Of a stretch of 64,000 nucleotides of DNA, positions 25,621-38,900 are shown piece after piece. Within the stretch, counting starts at the first letter, position 1. Every line of letters begins with the position of its first letter. Below the pieces are notes generated by a model. It saw only the letters and a program-made list of their open reading frames with translations. It did no database searches and was not told the origin of the DNA. This DNA is from Heterodontus francisci (Eukaryota). The position numbers were made by a program, and so were the translations under genes. Location of the stretch: positions 22,234,283-22,298,282 of the forward strand of contig NC_090396.1 in the NCBI RefSeq assembly GCF_036365525.1, in the 5' to 3' direction.

Positions 25621-27492
25621 ATCCATCCACCTAAAAGATCTCAAGTAGTGCAGAATTGTGACTGATCTAAAAGTGTTAAAAATCCATAAATAACCATGTT
25701 AAAAATGAAATTACTTTCTAATAAAATTCTGATGTTGTAATAAAAATAGTTATCAATGCAGGTTGTGAAAGAATAGGCTGCATGGCTGAGCTATTTTACT
25801 GAATTGCTCTGAAATTCCAAACAATTGTTATGGAAACCTGTTCAGCGCCCAATATGTGATGAAATAGCAGATGGCTGGAGTGCCATTATTGAGAGTGACT
25901 AGAGACTTCAATTTGTCAAATGTAGAATTGAACAGTGACCCACAATTTAGTATAATGTTCTTGGCCATTTGGATTAAGGGGAATAGCATCTGGAGCAGGT
26001 GTAGTCAATTGGTTTCTGACAATGGAAGTACAATGGCAAGGGAGCCAATGATGAATGTAAAATAGCAAATGACCACCGTCCTGCTCTACAACAAACAAAT
26101 AGTCCAATTTTTGTGCCAGCTTCTCTGAAAGTAATGACCCACGCTGAAGGTACAGTTTTCAGACGTGTTCTGTCCCTTACCCAAATAGTCAGTATTCATA
26201 TGTGAATATTCATGTGTGAATGGCAATGCACTGTTGGACTGTGTGGTATCACAGCTGAACCTGATTGCACACTCACCTGATGTTCACGTGTTGCAACAGA
26301 CGTCACTGGAAAGCAGACACATGGGAACAGCACTCCCTTCAAGTTCCCTCCAAGTCACACACATTTCTGACTTGGAAATACATCACTGCTCCTTCATCAT
26401 GGCTGAGTCTAAATCTTTGAACTCACGACCTAACAGAACTCTAGGAGTACTATCACAACACAGACTCCAGCACTTCAAGACGAAGGCTCACCACAATCTT
26501 CTCAAGGGCAAATAGTGATGGACAATAAATGCTTGCTAGCAACACCCACAAGCTGTGAATGTGCAAAAGAAAGTCAGAAATGGGAAACTGCTTGATTTTT
26601 TAATTCTCATAAAGGCTGAGAAATTGAGGCCGGTTGACAGATCTCCATCACCTAAGTAGATGTGGCCCGGGATAAGACCTAGGACCCTCCTGGTCTACAT
26701 GGTTTAGCATCAAATATCCACCAAATTATCGGGACAAAAGTTATCATATCTCCATTGAGTACATGGCATTTGAGATTGGTGGCAAACTTGTTTCAACCAG
26801 TTGAAATGATCTATTTTTTAAATAAGCTTGACTTTGTGCAAACTGGGCCTAACTACTCTTTCTTATTTTGATACCATTCTGAATATATTTCAAAGACAAA
26901 AAATATAGACATATTCCCTATGTTGCTATCTATGAAGTGAAGACCATAATTTCTATGTGTTTCAATGCACTGAAGGAGCAATATTGATCTGAAGCTGTCT
27001 ATACCCCTGACAACACATTCAAACGAATGCAGAGCTAACCAATGAATTATGGTGCTGTACCCTTGCAGTGGTACAGTCAATTCTTAATCATCTGGTAAAA
27101 CTGTTTGGGTCAAAATGTAATTCATTTTCTGATATGTTCATTTAACAGAAATTCACATTGCAATGTGAACATGTGTTGTAATGAGTTATTTTATGTTGTC
27201 TGATGCAACATAAATGAGATGCGTGGAGTTCAGGTTGTTGAAGATCTCAAATAGTTTTATTAACAGCTAAATGATTATATAGAGTACAGAGCTAACTATT
27301 TACAGAACCTTACTCTGGGTGTTACAGTAGCAGAGTGATTCAGACTTGTAGTCGCATGACTGCATTCTGGTACTTGGCTCATTAACAAAATAAAATCTTA
27401 AAGGGACATCACATAACATGTGTTAGCTGTGGCTCACCTCTGAGTCAGAATGTTGTGGGTTCAACTCTCATTCCAGATGCATCCAGCCTTAC

Positions 27493-28420
27493 TGTCATGC
27501 ACATCGGAAGTGCAATGACACGGATTAACTCTAAAGAATTATTTAAAAAATGGACTTTGTCTTTAAAAAATTACTATTACTTTTTTAAAAAGTAAATAAT
27601 GGTCCAAAATGGCCACTGAAGCAAAGCAGATTAACCTATTATATATTCAAATAGTCCGACAAAGACAAAGGACAAACCTTCAAAGCCAAAAGGTCATAAT
27701 GAAACTCACCTCACACCTATCATAGAAACATTCCAGAATTGAATGTCTTCTTCTGAAACAAAAGAGGTGTGAAGTAGCCACATCCTGGGCCATTGTGCCA
27801 TCACCATGGGGAGGAAACCTGAATTTTTCTGAACAGGAGGTGAGAAGTGACAGTTTTACCTTGAAAAAAAGACAGCCAGAAAAAGAGAGAGACAGACTGA
27901 CCCAGAAGGTGAAGCTACTTCTAACTACTGACATTCCAGGAAGCCAGAAATCACATGCCCTGCTGGAAAATATCTGACATCTACATCATCCAGCAGAGAG
28001 GGAGAGCTAGGAGTGACCCACCAACTTCAACAGAACCTTCAATCAAGAGAGAAATCTACAATCACCACATGCATGCAACTATCTGGACTTTGAGTCTCAA
28101 GAGAATTCAACAGGTTTATTGTAACCCTTCTCCCCCATAAAAAAAACCCACTCACAACTTTCCGTCCTCTATCCATTTCTTCTTATGTGTGTGCGAGCGA
28201 ATGCGTGAGTGAATGAGGCTGCGACAATTTCAGGATAAGTCGTATTGATCAATAAACAATTGACTTTCTGTTTGAAAGACCTACAAAAAACCTGTCGCTG
28301 TCTATTTATTGGAAAAAATAAAACACAAAGGGTCTAAACTCTTATAATAAATACACTTGCTGCTGTCAGGTGGGGAGTTGAACAGTGGGAACCACCCACG
28401 TCACACCATGAACAGTTACA
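27493..28420 (+). mobile_element. Probable solo LTR (~930 bp) inserted into a SINE
   Basis: TGTCA...GTTACA termini. CTTAC repeated at 27488-27492 and 28423-28427 (offset by 2 nt). AATAAA signals near the 3' end. The SINE head at 27420-27490 continues at 28428-28545. Confidence 0.5.
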
Positions 28421-28594
28421 CTCTTACACTCCAATTCGGCATTTTTGAGGTACAATCTTTTGGATGAGACAATAAACTGAGGCCCTGTCTGTTGTCTCAG
28501 GTGGTTATAACAGATTTCATGACACTATTCGAATAGCAGGGAACTTGTGTGCAAATTGGCTTACTCTCCAGTACTCAGAGTGTCGCATTTATAG

Positions 28595-29250
28595 AACCAT
28601 AGTATTATAGAATGGTTACAGCACATAAGGAGATTATTTGGCCAATTGTGTCCCTGTCAGCTTTCTGTAAGAGCAACTCAGCTAGTCCCACTCCCCCGCC
28701 TTTTCCCCATAGCCCTGCAAATCTTTCTTCAGATAATAATCCAATTTTTTTTTAAAGCAATGACTGAATCTGCCTCCAGCACACTCTCAGGCAGTGTTTT
28801 CTAGATCCTAACCACTCACTGCGTAAAAACGTTTTTCCTCATGTTGCCTTTGGTTCTTTTTCCAGTTACCATAAATTGGTGTTCTCTGGTTCGCAATACT
28901 TCTGCCAATTGGAACAGTTTCTCTCTATCTACTCTGTCCATAACCCTCGTGATTTTGAACATTTCTATCAAATCTCCTCTCAATCTTCTCTAAGGAGAAC
29001 AGCCCCAGCCTATCCATGTAACTGTATCCCTCATCCTTGGAACCATTCACATAAATATTTTCTACACCCTTTCTAATGCCTTCACATCCTTCCTAAAGTG
29101 TAATGCCCAGAATTGGACACAATACTACAGGTGAGACCGAACCAGTGTGTTATAAAGGTTCACCTAACTTCCTTGCTTTTGTACTCGATGCCTCTACTTA
29201 TAAAGCCCAGGATCCTGTATCCCTTATTAACTACTTTCTCAACTTACCGC
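28595..29250 (-). mobile_element. Decayed CR1 3' fragment
   Basis: Colinear similarity to 4280-4950. Confidence 0.8.
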
Positions 29251-29644
29251 ACTATGACAGAGGGATTTCCAGGCTTTTGACCCAGTGACAGTGAAGGAAC
29301 GGCGATATAGCTCCAAGTCAGGATGGTGTGTGACTTGGAGGGGAACTTGCAGATGGTGGTATTCCCATGCATCTGCTACCCTTGTTTTTCTAGGTGGAAG
29401 AGGTCGCAAGTTAGGAAGGTGCTGTCAAAGAAGCTTTGGCGAGTTGCTGCAGTGCATCTTGTAAATGATACACTCTGCTGCTACTGTGCACCAGTGGTGG
29501 AGGGAGTAAATGTTTAATAATGGTGCAGTCCTTTGCTTCAGATGCTAAATCAGGATTTAGTATCTTTTGCCATGCACTGCATGATTGAAGTTTGATTAGT
29601 AGAGGGGAAGGGGAAAAAAGATTGTTCACAGAATGTATTAATCC

Positions 29645-30017
29645 CAAAGGACATGATAGAGGTATATAAAATTATGAGAGGCATAGATAGGGTAGATAGT
29701 CAGAGTCTGTTTCCCATGGTAGGGGTGACTAAAACTAGAGGGCATAGATTTAAGATGAGAGGGAGAGGTTTAAAGAAGATCAAAGGGGTAACTTTTTCAC
29801 AAAGAATAGTGGGTATCTGGAATGAGCTGCCAGAGGAGGTGGTGGAGGCAGAAACAGTAGCAACATTTAAGAGGCATCTGGACATGATGCCTTGAATGAG
29901 CAAGGCATAGAGGGATATGGAATTAATGCAGGCAGGTGGGATTAGTATAGATAGACATTATGGTCGTCATGGACGCAGTGGGCCGAAGGGCCTGTTTCTA
30001 TGCTGTACGACTCTATG
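29645..30017 (+). mobile_element. CR1 3' end
   Basis: ORF 29653-29895 (IEVYKIMRGIDRVDS...TRGH...WNELP) and tail GGGCCGAAGGGCCTGTTTC. Confidence 0.9.
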
Positions 30018-32391
30018 AGACAGTGAAGGAGCAGACTGTTCCAGCTAGTGCCTCAAAGGAACTGGCTGGCACTATGGGCTTTAGCCTACCTTCTCTTCTT
30101 CTCTGGAATTTAGGATCCAGTTGAGCCCAGGGGGCTGGATTTAAAGAAACTTCTCTTTGCCCTTCAGCCATTTATCTGAAACGAGTCTGCGAAGCCATGA
30201 CTAAATTTCTGATTGGCATCGGCTCACAGGAGAAAACACCACATTATCCAATAGAAATTGGCCCATAAAATGGCAACTTCATTCAGAGGGGGGCTGATGT
30301 GAGAAGTGGAAAATCTCAAACTGGAGCAGTTTACTGATCTTGGGGGGTGGGGGGCTCAATACATATCGTGAGGGAAAAGTGAAGTGGGAATGTTTCTGGA
30401 AACGTATTCGGGTCCCTGCATTGATTATCTTCACCGCTTAGTAAGCACTGTATTTGACCTCACCAAAAATCCAATTCAACTTTCATCATAAACATGTGGC
30501 TAGATGCTGAAGGAAACTAAACATACATGGTGGAAGACTATAACACAATCCAATAAACTACACCCGCTGATTGGAAGTAAAAGATTAAAAATAGGCAAGT
30601 GGAAAGGGGAAGAGTTCATTTGTGGGTACATAAGACAACTGTAAGGAATCAGCATGTAATTCCAATTATTACAGAATATCTTCGAAAAGGAATTTAGTAA
30701 CAATCACCAAAATTGCTACTGAGGCATTTTTACTTGAGTGTCAGTAGGTGACTACAAAAGGGGTCAGTAAACATTGCGGGAGGTTCAGGGACAAACAAAG
30801 TGAAATTTTGAAGACTTGGCTAAAATAAGGTCAATCTTTACAGACTAGAGAGAAGCCAATAAGGGAGGATCTTGTTGAAGGACATCAAATATCAAATGGC
30901 TTTGATAACAACAACTTGCATTTATAAAGCACCTTTTAACATAGCAAAACCTCCCAAGGCACTTCACAGGAGTGTAATCATTCAAAAACTGACACCCTGC
31001 CAAAGAAGATGACACTAGGACAGGTGAACAAAGATTGGTCAAACAGGTAGGTTTTAAGGAGTGAGTTAAAGGAAGAGAGTGAGGTTTAAGAAGTAAATTC
31101 CAGAGTTTAGGACTTAGACATCAGTTTGAAATAAGGCACTTAAAGTAGCACAACTGCTGAAAAATAAAATTTAGGTCTGATACCAGGAGGGACTTCTCCA
31201 CAGAACAAATGATAAATGTTTGTAAAAATCTTCTAGACAGGCAATGGAAATGCAGACTTGAGATCTCCCAAAACATAGCTGAATAATAAGAATAATTAAG
31301 ATGAGCCGGTGGACTTTTCCTGTTGTAGCTTTTCTTAAGTTAAGTGGAAAAAAGCTCGATCAGGGTTTAAAGCCCTGGAGTCAGTTAGGAAAGCTTTTAG
31401 TCACTGGCAAGAAGAACATACACTTCCTGACTATAAATGATGTCTCCCTGGATTTATTTGAAAGTGTGGATATTCCAGAAGGTTCCAATAGTTTTCATTT
31501 GCTGCATCTCAAAATGGTTTTAAAATGTATTCATATTTTATTGATTCTGATAAGACTACAAATTGAGAAGCAGTTTAGCTAAAATAGAATAGATTGGCAT
31601 ATGTCATAGCTGCTGCTTCACAACATTTTACTCAACATTTCAATCATTCATTAACAATGAATACTCATGCAGAAAAGCTCAATTGCAATTGTGAAGGATA
31701 TCCAGTATCTCTACACACTATCAAAGTAGCCTTTCCACCCTCCACAACAGAGGCACAAAATGCTGGCTGTATTGGTGGCCACCTGCCAGCTGAGTAATAA
31801 TTTTGATGCTGTCACTGTCCTCTTCTATCAACTCTAGTATCATACGGCAAAGAAGGAGGCCATTCAGCCCATCAGATTAGTCCTCAGGTAAGTTGAACAG
31901 AGAGTGTAGAGTCCATGATCTGCAATCTTGTACATGAATGAACCAATATAACTTATCTTGTTCTATGCTTCCTTATGGCCTGCCATGTAAAAACAGAAAA
32001 TCACTCTACCACTGGACGTATTTATTGAAGTGAAAGCTTTCGGTCACTAAGGTGGCTGGAGCTATTGTGTATTTGATAGGATTTGGAGAGCTCAGCCTAT
32101 GTTTTTTCTTTCAGTGAAATTACAGAGCTATGTCACACCCTCTCAAGCTTTTAGTGATGATGTGCTTATTCACCACTCTGAAAAAGGGTTGCTCTCGGCT
32201 CCTACACGTCCACAATGGCTGTGATCGGTGCCACTGTATCAGTGCTCAGCAGGACTGTGAGATGCGAAGTGAGCTGCTCCAAATGTGTTTCACCCAACAT
32301 CAGCTCCCGCCACCGCCCCTCCCAAAAATGGATTGCATTGCTTCTGTGCAGCATTTCATTTAGTGTCCTGACCGAGAACTAAAAAGCTTAG

Positions 32392-32676
32392 CTAGAGGAA
32401 ATTTAAGGTAATTGGCAAAAGAGCCAGAGGGTAAGCTAAGGAGATTTTTTTTTAATATGCAGCAAGCTGTTACAATCTAGAGTGCGCTGCCTGAAAGGCT
32501 GGTGGCAGCACATTCAATGATAATTTTGAAAAATGAACTGGAAAAATACTTGAAGAGGAAAGATTTTTCGGGCCATGGGGGCAGACCAGGGAGTGAGACT
32601 AATTGGAAAGCTCTTTCAAGAAGCTGGCACAGACATGATGGACCAAATGGCCTCTTGCTGTCCTGTATGATTCTAT
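32392..32676 (+). mobile_element. Decayed CR1 3' end
   Basis: Similar to other CR1 tails. Further copies at ~40680-41000, 56580-56810, 57140-57270 (-) and 59380-59965. Confidence 0.75.
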
Positions 32677-33148
32677 GAAACCTTTCCCAAGTGAATTGTA
32701 CTGCACAAGTGAGCTATGATTGGGAGAATGTAAAGATTCAATGGCACCAGACAGATGTGGTTGCTAACCAGTGCAGAGTTGCAAATTTTACAGACTTTGA
32801 TGTGCTTCCCACCTGGACATTGATATTTCAGTGCGTCCTTATTATCTGCAGAGCTGAAAGCACAGAATTGATTGCAGTGCTATAGGGACTCTCCTAGTGT
32901 TTTAAAAAGGAAGTAAAATAACACGCTCAGACAAAAATCAATGGATACTGCAGGTTTGGCACTGTAACATTACAACTTTTCTCCGGGTATCTTTTTAAAG
33001 TGGCAGGGAAGAGCTGCCAAAACACATTTACTTTCTCATTACTGTCATCATTAAAGTAGAATTATCTGCTTTTCCAGGTGTTTCAATTTTGGAATCACAC
33101 ATCCAAATGAATGGAATCTTTAGAAGCTGACTTTCAAGTTACTATATA

Positions 33149-33871
33149 GGGAGTAATTTTAACCTAACTTGCTGGCCGGGATTTTATCTGAGCGACGGGG
33201 GTCAGGGCCACGACTAAAGCTCTGGCGAGAGCCCCACGCTGCCTCCTCTGAGGAAGGACGGCCACATTATATGCCAATTAGGCACTTAAGTGGACAGCAG
33301 TGGGCCTTCCTGGGATATAGGACCCCGGCAGCAGAAGTCCCACCCTCTGAGCGCTATCAGCATTTCCGAGTTTGGTGGCTCATGCTGGTACTGGACTCAC
33401 CAGAGGCGGGGGACCCAGGCCACAGGTGAGTCAGGCGGGAGGAGTTTCACGTGGTAGCGGTTACAGGGGAGGGGGGGGATGTAGGAGGGGTTGGAGGGAA
33501 AGGCAGGGGGTAGCTCTCAGCTGGCCCATCCCCTTCTGGGTCCCTCGTTCAGGCACAGTGCCTTTTAATGAGGGAACCCCCCCCCCACCCCAACCCTGGA
33601 ACTGGCAAGCAACCCGCACAGGGTTGCTTGGTGTGCTCCCCGTGTGGCAACAGGCCCACCAGCTGCCAGTCTAATACCAGAGGTGGCGGGATGAGGTCCT
33701 TAATTGCCCACTTAAGGGCCTCAATTGGCGGTGGCCCCGGACTTAATTTTGGTGAAGGCAGGAAGATGGTGGGCTACCCCCCTACCCCCCACCACCCCGC
33801 CACTATCCCACTCAATTATATGCTCTCCCTGCCTCCAAATTCACTGCAGAGGAGAGCATAAAATTCCTCCT
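33149..33871. mobile_element. GC-rich MITE
   Basis: Imperfect 13-bp TIRs GGGAGTAATTTTA / TAAAATTCCTCCT. Subterminal CAATT...CACTTAAG motifs near 33275 and 33700-33727. Confidence 0.6.
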
Positions 33872-33894
33872 GCTCTGCGGGAATCCCATGGGAA

Positions 33895-33997
33895 ATGGTG
33901 GAACTCTCGCCTCTGAGTCAGAAAGTTGTGGGTTCAAGCCTCACTCCAGAGATTTGAGCCCACAATCAGGGCTGGCATTCCCAGCGCAGCACCAAAG
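33895..33997 (+). mobile_element. tRNA-derived SINE (Deu-domain/SacSINE1-like) head, split by the Gypsy insertion; continues at 39416-39455
   Basis: CTCTGAGTCAGAAAGTTGTGGGTTCAAGCC (B-box-like), colinear with the copy at 41580-41745. Confidence 0.75.
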
Positions 33998-34219
33998 TGT
34001 TGTGATATCACTTTAACAGTCTGAGTACTTCACACATCATCACAGAAGTGACATCAACCAACACATGATAGCTCAGTTGGAGTTCTGTTAGTCACAAGTG
34101 TATTTTAGAGCTCTCTTGTAAACCTGTTACTAAATAATAAAGAACCCATACTTTGATTACCTTTCAGCTCAAGGTTGTTTGGCACCTTATTGCTGAAGAA
34201 GGCAATAACATAATATCGT

Positions 34220-34557
34220 CTAAAATAAAAGCAAAATACTGCAGATGCTGGAAATCTGAAATAAAACAGAAAGTGCTGGGAATACACTGCAGGTCTGGCA
34301 GCATCTGTGGAGAGAGAAGCAGAGTTAACGTTTCAGGTCTGTGACCTTTCATCAGAACTGAACTTAATTCTTCCTATCTTGACTCTATCGGTTTCTCCCT
34401 TAGTCCAGTCTCTTCCCACCTACATTCATGACTCTTCTGATGCCCTACGTAAACATCCAGTTCTGGTGAAAGGTCAGCGACCTGAAATGTTAACTGTTTC
34501 TCTGTCCACAGATGCTGCCAGACCTGCTGAGTATTTCTAGCACTTTCTGTTTCTATT
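34220..34557. mobile_element. Penelope-derived inverted pLTR cassette inserted between the Gypsy 5' LTR and PBS
   Basis: Arms at ~34262-34360 and 34458-34556 are reverse complements. The spacer encodes PLE RT-like PLVQSLPTYIHDSSDAL. 12-bp TSD ACATAATATCGT (34208-34219) / ACACAATATCGT (34558-34569). Confidence 0.85.
34323..34359 (-). ncRNA. Minimal type I hammerhead ribozyme motif (Penelope-associated)
   Basis: Minus strand reads AGUU-CUGAUGA-A-AGGUC-ACA-GACCU-GAA-ACGU-U-AACU: intact core, stems I and II, and palindromic ACGU in place of stem III. Confidence 0.8.
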
Positions 34558-35019
34558 ACACAATATCGTGGCAGCTTATGATTTCCGAAGCCTTTCAACT
34601 TCTGTGCTGACCATCCACATCTGGTAGTTGAAGACCACAGTGTGGAGGTAGCAGAATGTATCGAAGTAGCAGTACAGCAGAGAGGCTCAGTAGTGGCAGT
34701 CATCAGGAACAGTAATTCTCCCATTGAAGTCCATCGGAGGCAGTGGCAACAGGACAACACTGTCAGATTTGACCAGCCGCTGAACTCGGTGCTCAAGAGT
34801 GAGGGAGTACATGAAAGGCGGTTGTTATTTCGATGGTTGTTGGTGAGAAAAGCAAGAATCGGGCGGAATCAGGCTTGGGAAAGGCGAACAGAGTCGGTTC
34901 ACATCAGAGCAGTGGAGTGGCACCACCATTGCGTGCCATGTGTTTTCCCGCCATAGCTGCTTTGTGGGCAGAGTCTCCTGATTGCAGGCTGAAAGCTGGC
35001 GCGGCAGGCTCTGAACATA

Positions 35020-38000
35020 GGGTGTGGCTGAAGTCCCACGCTGTGCACACAGGTAAACCTGCGAATTGGATCCATGAATTCCAACTTTTCAGGTAACACA
35101 TGGAATTGTATTTCTTGGATCTTGCTTTCACTGAGATGGACAAGCAAGCAATTGAAATGAAAATCACGATTGGCAACGAGGGGCTGCATCGTATCAACAC
35201 CTCAGGATTATCTGAAGCAGATCAGAGGGATCCAGCGAGATGCTGGACTACAATGGAGGACCAGCTGAAGGTCAAGATTAATTTACAAATTCATCGCCTT
35301 GAACTAATGGTGTGCAGGCGGCAATCGAAGGTGACCATCGATCAGTTCGTAAGCAGATGCTGCGAAAAAGAAAAGGTCTGTGATTTTTCAGAAGTGGAGT
35401 TATCCAAAAGGATCATGGAATTGGTCATTTATCTACTCCGATAGAAGCTTTTCAGAAAGCGCTACTAGACAAAGAAAAAGGGAATAAAAGTCTCCTGAGA
35501 GAAGGCAGGAAATTTGAGGCCATTGCCGCGTGCAGGCAGTGTATACGAGCACCTGGAACAATGATCATAGGCGAGGTAACCAGATCTCCTCAGCAAGGCA
35601 AGAAATGTTGCAAGTGCAGACGGGTACACCAACCTAGAAACTGTCCCGCTTACATAGACAACTGCAAGGTGTGCGGCTAGAAAGGGCACTGGGCAATGCT
35701 GTGCAAGAAGTCTGGTACTGGAAAAGTCGTCAGAAGTTACAGCAGATCATGACCTGACAACAAACAAACACCACCTTATGAGAGGAACAGGGATACATTC
35801 AGAAGAGGCCAATCCAGATGCAGACATGTCCATGAGATTGACACGGATGTGTGTAACAGAGAAACCACTGATGGTGAGCAACCTTTTCACACAGTAACAA
35901 TTCCCCACCAGATGGTCTCAGTTACTCAGCAGGAAGTATTCACCATCATTTACCCAGAGAAAGCTGAACAGCATAAACTGACTCAAGATCAATACAGGGG
36001 CAAGTGCAAATATTTTGCCACTGAGAATACTGAAGAACGCGCATCTGGCAAGATGGGAAGCCGTGATGCAACCTACGAAAGCAAGACTCACTGTGTACAA
36101 CGGTACCCCAATCAAATGTATGGGAACACGAAGGCTGGAATGTAGGTATGGAAACTCTTTGTGGTCACAGAAAATATTCTACATTGCTGACACAGATTGT
36201 CCAGCAGTTGCATGGCTACAGGCATGTAGCGATCTTCAAATTGTGACAATCTATGATCAGCAGTGTGCTGAGGACAGATGTCCAAAACAGGTGTGATCCC
36301 ATTGAATCCATCCAAGACTTACAACAATTTCTTTTTAAATCATTCATGGGATTTGGGCGTTGCTGGCCAGGCCAGCATTTATTGCCCATTCCTAATGTAC
36401 CTGGATCGTTTATGATGCAGTGGGAAGTTTCAAAGGAGTAGCCACTTTACATCTGAAAGTTGACGCCATTCCTTCTATAGATCCACCAAGAAAATGTAGC
36501 GCCTTATTAAAGACAAACTCAAAGCCGAGCTGGATACGATGGAGAAGCGAGGAATTATCAGGTGCATTCAGCGGCGTACAGATCGGTGCAGTTCTATATC
36601 AGCAGTGATTTAAAAAAGGACAGCTACATCAAGGCATACATAGATCCTAAAAGGCTGAATGAAGCACTAAAACAATGTCCTCATAAAATCTCCACCTTGG
36701 AGGAACGTAATCCAAAGTTTGCAAAGGCTAGATTCTTTTCCAAGCTTGATGAAAAGGACAGATACTTGTCGATCCATCTCTCTCAAAGTTTGCAAAAGTT
36801 AACAAATTTGATTTATCAGTGAGCCAGGATTTATTTCAGCAACGTATGGATCGTATCATGGAGAATGTTCCAGGCTGTGTCTGTATTGCTGATTATGTAG
36901 CAGTGACGGGCAGCACAAAAGAGGAGCACGACAGGCATCTGCTCATCCTCATGTGAATTGACAGAAAGGAAGACCTTGTATTCAAGAAGTGTGCCATGAA
37001 CATGAATCACATTAATTTTTTCGGTTCCATTTACACAGATGCAGGCATAAAACCAGATCCCGGAAAAGCAGAGGATATCCAGTCCTTGCCATGTTCACAG
37101 GACAAGGAAGACTTACGGAGATGCCTCGGTCTATTTAATTTCCTTGCTGCATACATTTCAAATTTTGCTGAGAAGTCTTCATCTCTATGGGAACTCCTTA
37201 AAAAAGATACACCTTATCTGTGGCATGAGGACCACCAGCGTGAATATGATTTGCTGAAGCAATCACTGTTGACAGAAGCATGTTTATTATGAACCGAATA
37301 AAGATACCGTTCTTGAAGTAGTTGCTTTGTTGAAAGGTTTGGGAGCGTGCTTACTCCAAGAGAGTCATCCAATTGCTTTTGGATCAAAGAGCTTGTTGCC
37401 CACACTGGCAGGTTATTCCAACATAGAAAGAGAAACACTAGCTCTGGTGTTCGGAATCACCAAGTTTCACACTTGTCTTTTTGGGAAGCATTTCATAGTT
37501 GAGACAAATCATAAACCACTGGCTATGATATGGCAGAAACAATGCGCCAGCCCGTCCACAATGACTATTGATAAAAATGCAAGGATAGGACTGCGAGGTC
37601 AGATATAAGCCTGGGAATCATATGGTGACCTCAGACACCCATAGCAGACTACCTAATCTCAGAAAGTGTGAAGACATTCCATTGGGCGTCCAGGTTGATG
37701 AAGTTGGCATAGAACTGGGAGATGTATACCAGATAGGTTTGATGCGAATCAGACAAAGGAAGCGTGAGGAACTACAGGAAGAAACGGCTGGAGACCCAGT
37801 CTTAATGGAGCTATGGCAACTCATTGTCAAAGGATGGCCTGATACAATACAAGAAGTTCCTGCAGAATTTAACTTAGAATCTTTTGGCCATACTGAGATG
37901 AGTTGGGTGTTTCCAATGGTGTGATCTTCAAGGGAAGGCAGCTGTTAATTCCACAATCGCTTCACTGTGACAAGGTCATATGGGTGTAGAGAAATCCAGA

Positions 38001-38900
38001 AGACTTGCACGTGAAACTGTCTACTGGCCAGGAATTAACAATGACATCAAGAGAATAGTACAGTCATGTGATGCATGCCAAAAGCATCGATCAAGCCAGC
38101 ATAAAGAGCCACTTCTCCCGCACAAAGTTCCATCAGACTTTGGACATGGGTCGCCACTGATCTCTTCTCTATCAAAGGTAATGATTATCTTTTGCTAACC
38201 AATTATTTCTCCAAGTGCCCCATAATCCAGCAACTGAGGGACACGTCTAGCCAATCAGTTGCTAACAGTATCAGTGTAATATTCAGCTTATTTGGCCCTC
38301 TGGAGGACATAATATCAAACAATGGACCACAATATACCACCAAACCGTTTGAAGACATGTGTAAGAAATGGGCAGTGAACCATAAACCATGTCACAACTT
38401 CACCACATTACCCCAGGTCGAATTGCCTAGCTGAGAGAATGGCACGCACAGTCAAATCACTGATTGTGAAGTGTCTAGAAACAAAACAAGACTTACATGT
38501 AGCCATGTTTTGCTTAAGGGCAACACCAATTGGCACAGGCTTATCACCTGAGGAAATTATATTTGGAAGACAAATTAAGACGATTCTACCAAGTCATCAC
38601 TTCATGAAATCTTCATTGATACAGGACACTGATAGCGAGTCAAGAGAAGATGAAAGCTGTGCATGGCAAACACACAGACGTGGAACTTCCACCATTAAAG
38701 ATTAGACAGAAAAGTCGACTGATCCAGCCACAGGAGGGAATGTGGTTTCCCGCAGACGTGTCCAAAATCTGCACTGAACCAAGATCGTATGAAGTTACCA
38801 CCCCTAATGGAGCAGTACTAAGGAGAAACCGATGTCAGCTTAGGGAACTAGCTAACAACATTGTGCCTGATAACCCTATTGCTTTGAGAACACGTTCACA
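35020..38900 (+). pseudogene. Gypsy gag-pol remnant (gag, CCHC knuckle, PR, RT, RNase H, integrase)
   Basis: CKVCG*KGHWAMLC. INTGASANILP. IDPKRLNEA and FFSKLD. GLGACLLQ...YSNIERETLA...ETNHKPL. HMGVEKSRRLARETVYWPGI...CDAC. ISNNGPQY. SYEVTTPNGAVLRRNR. Confidence 0.92.
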
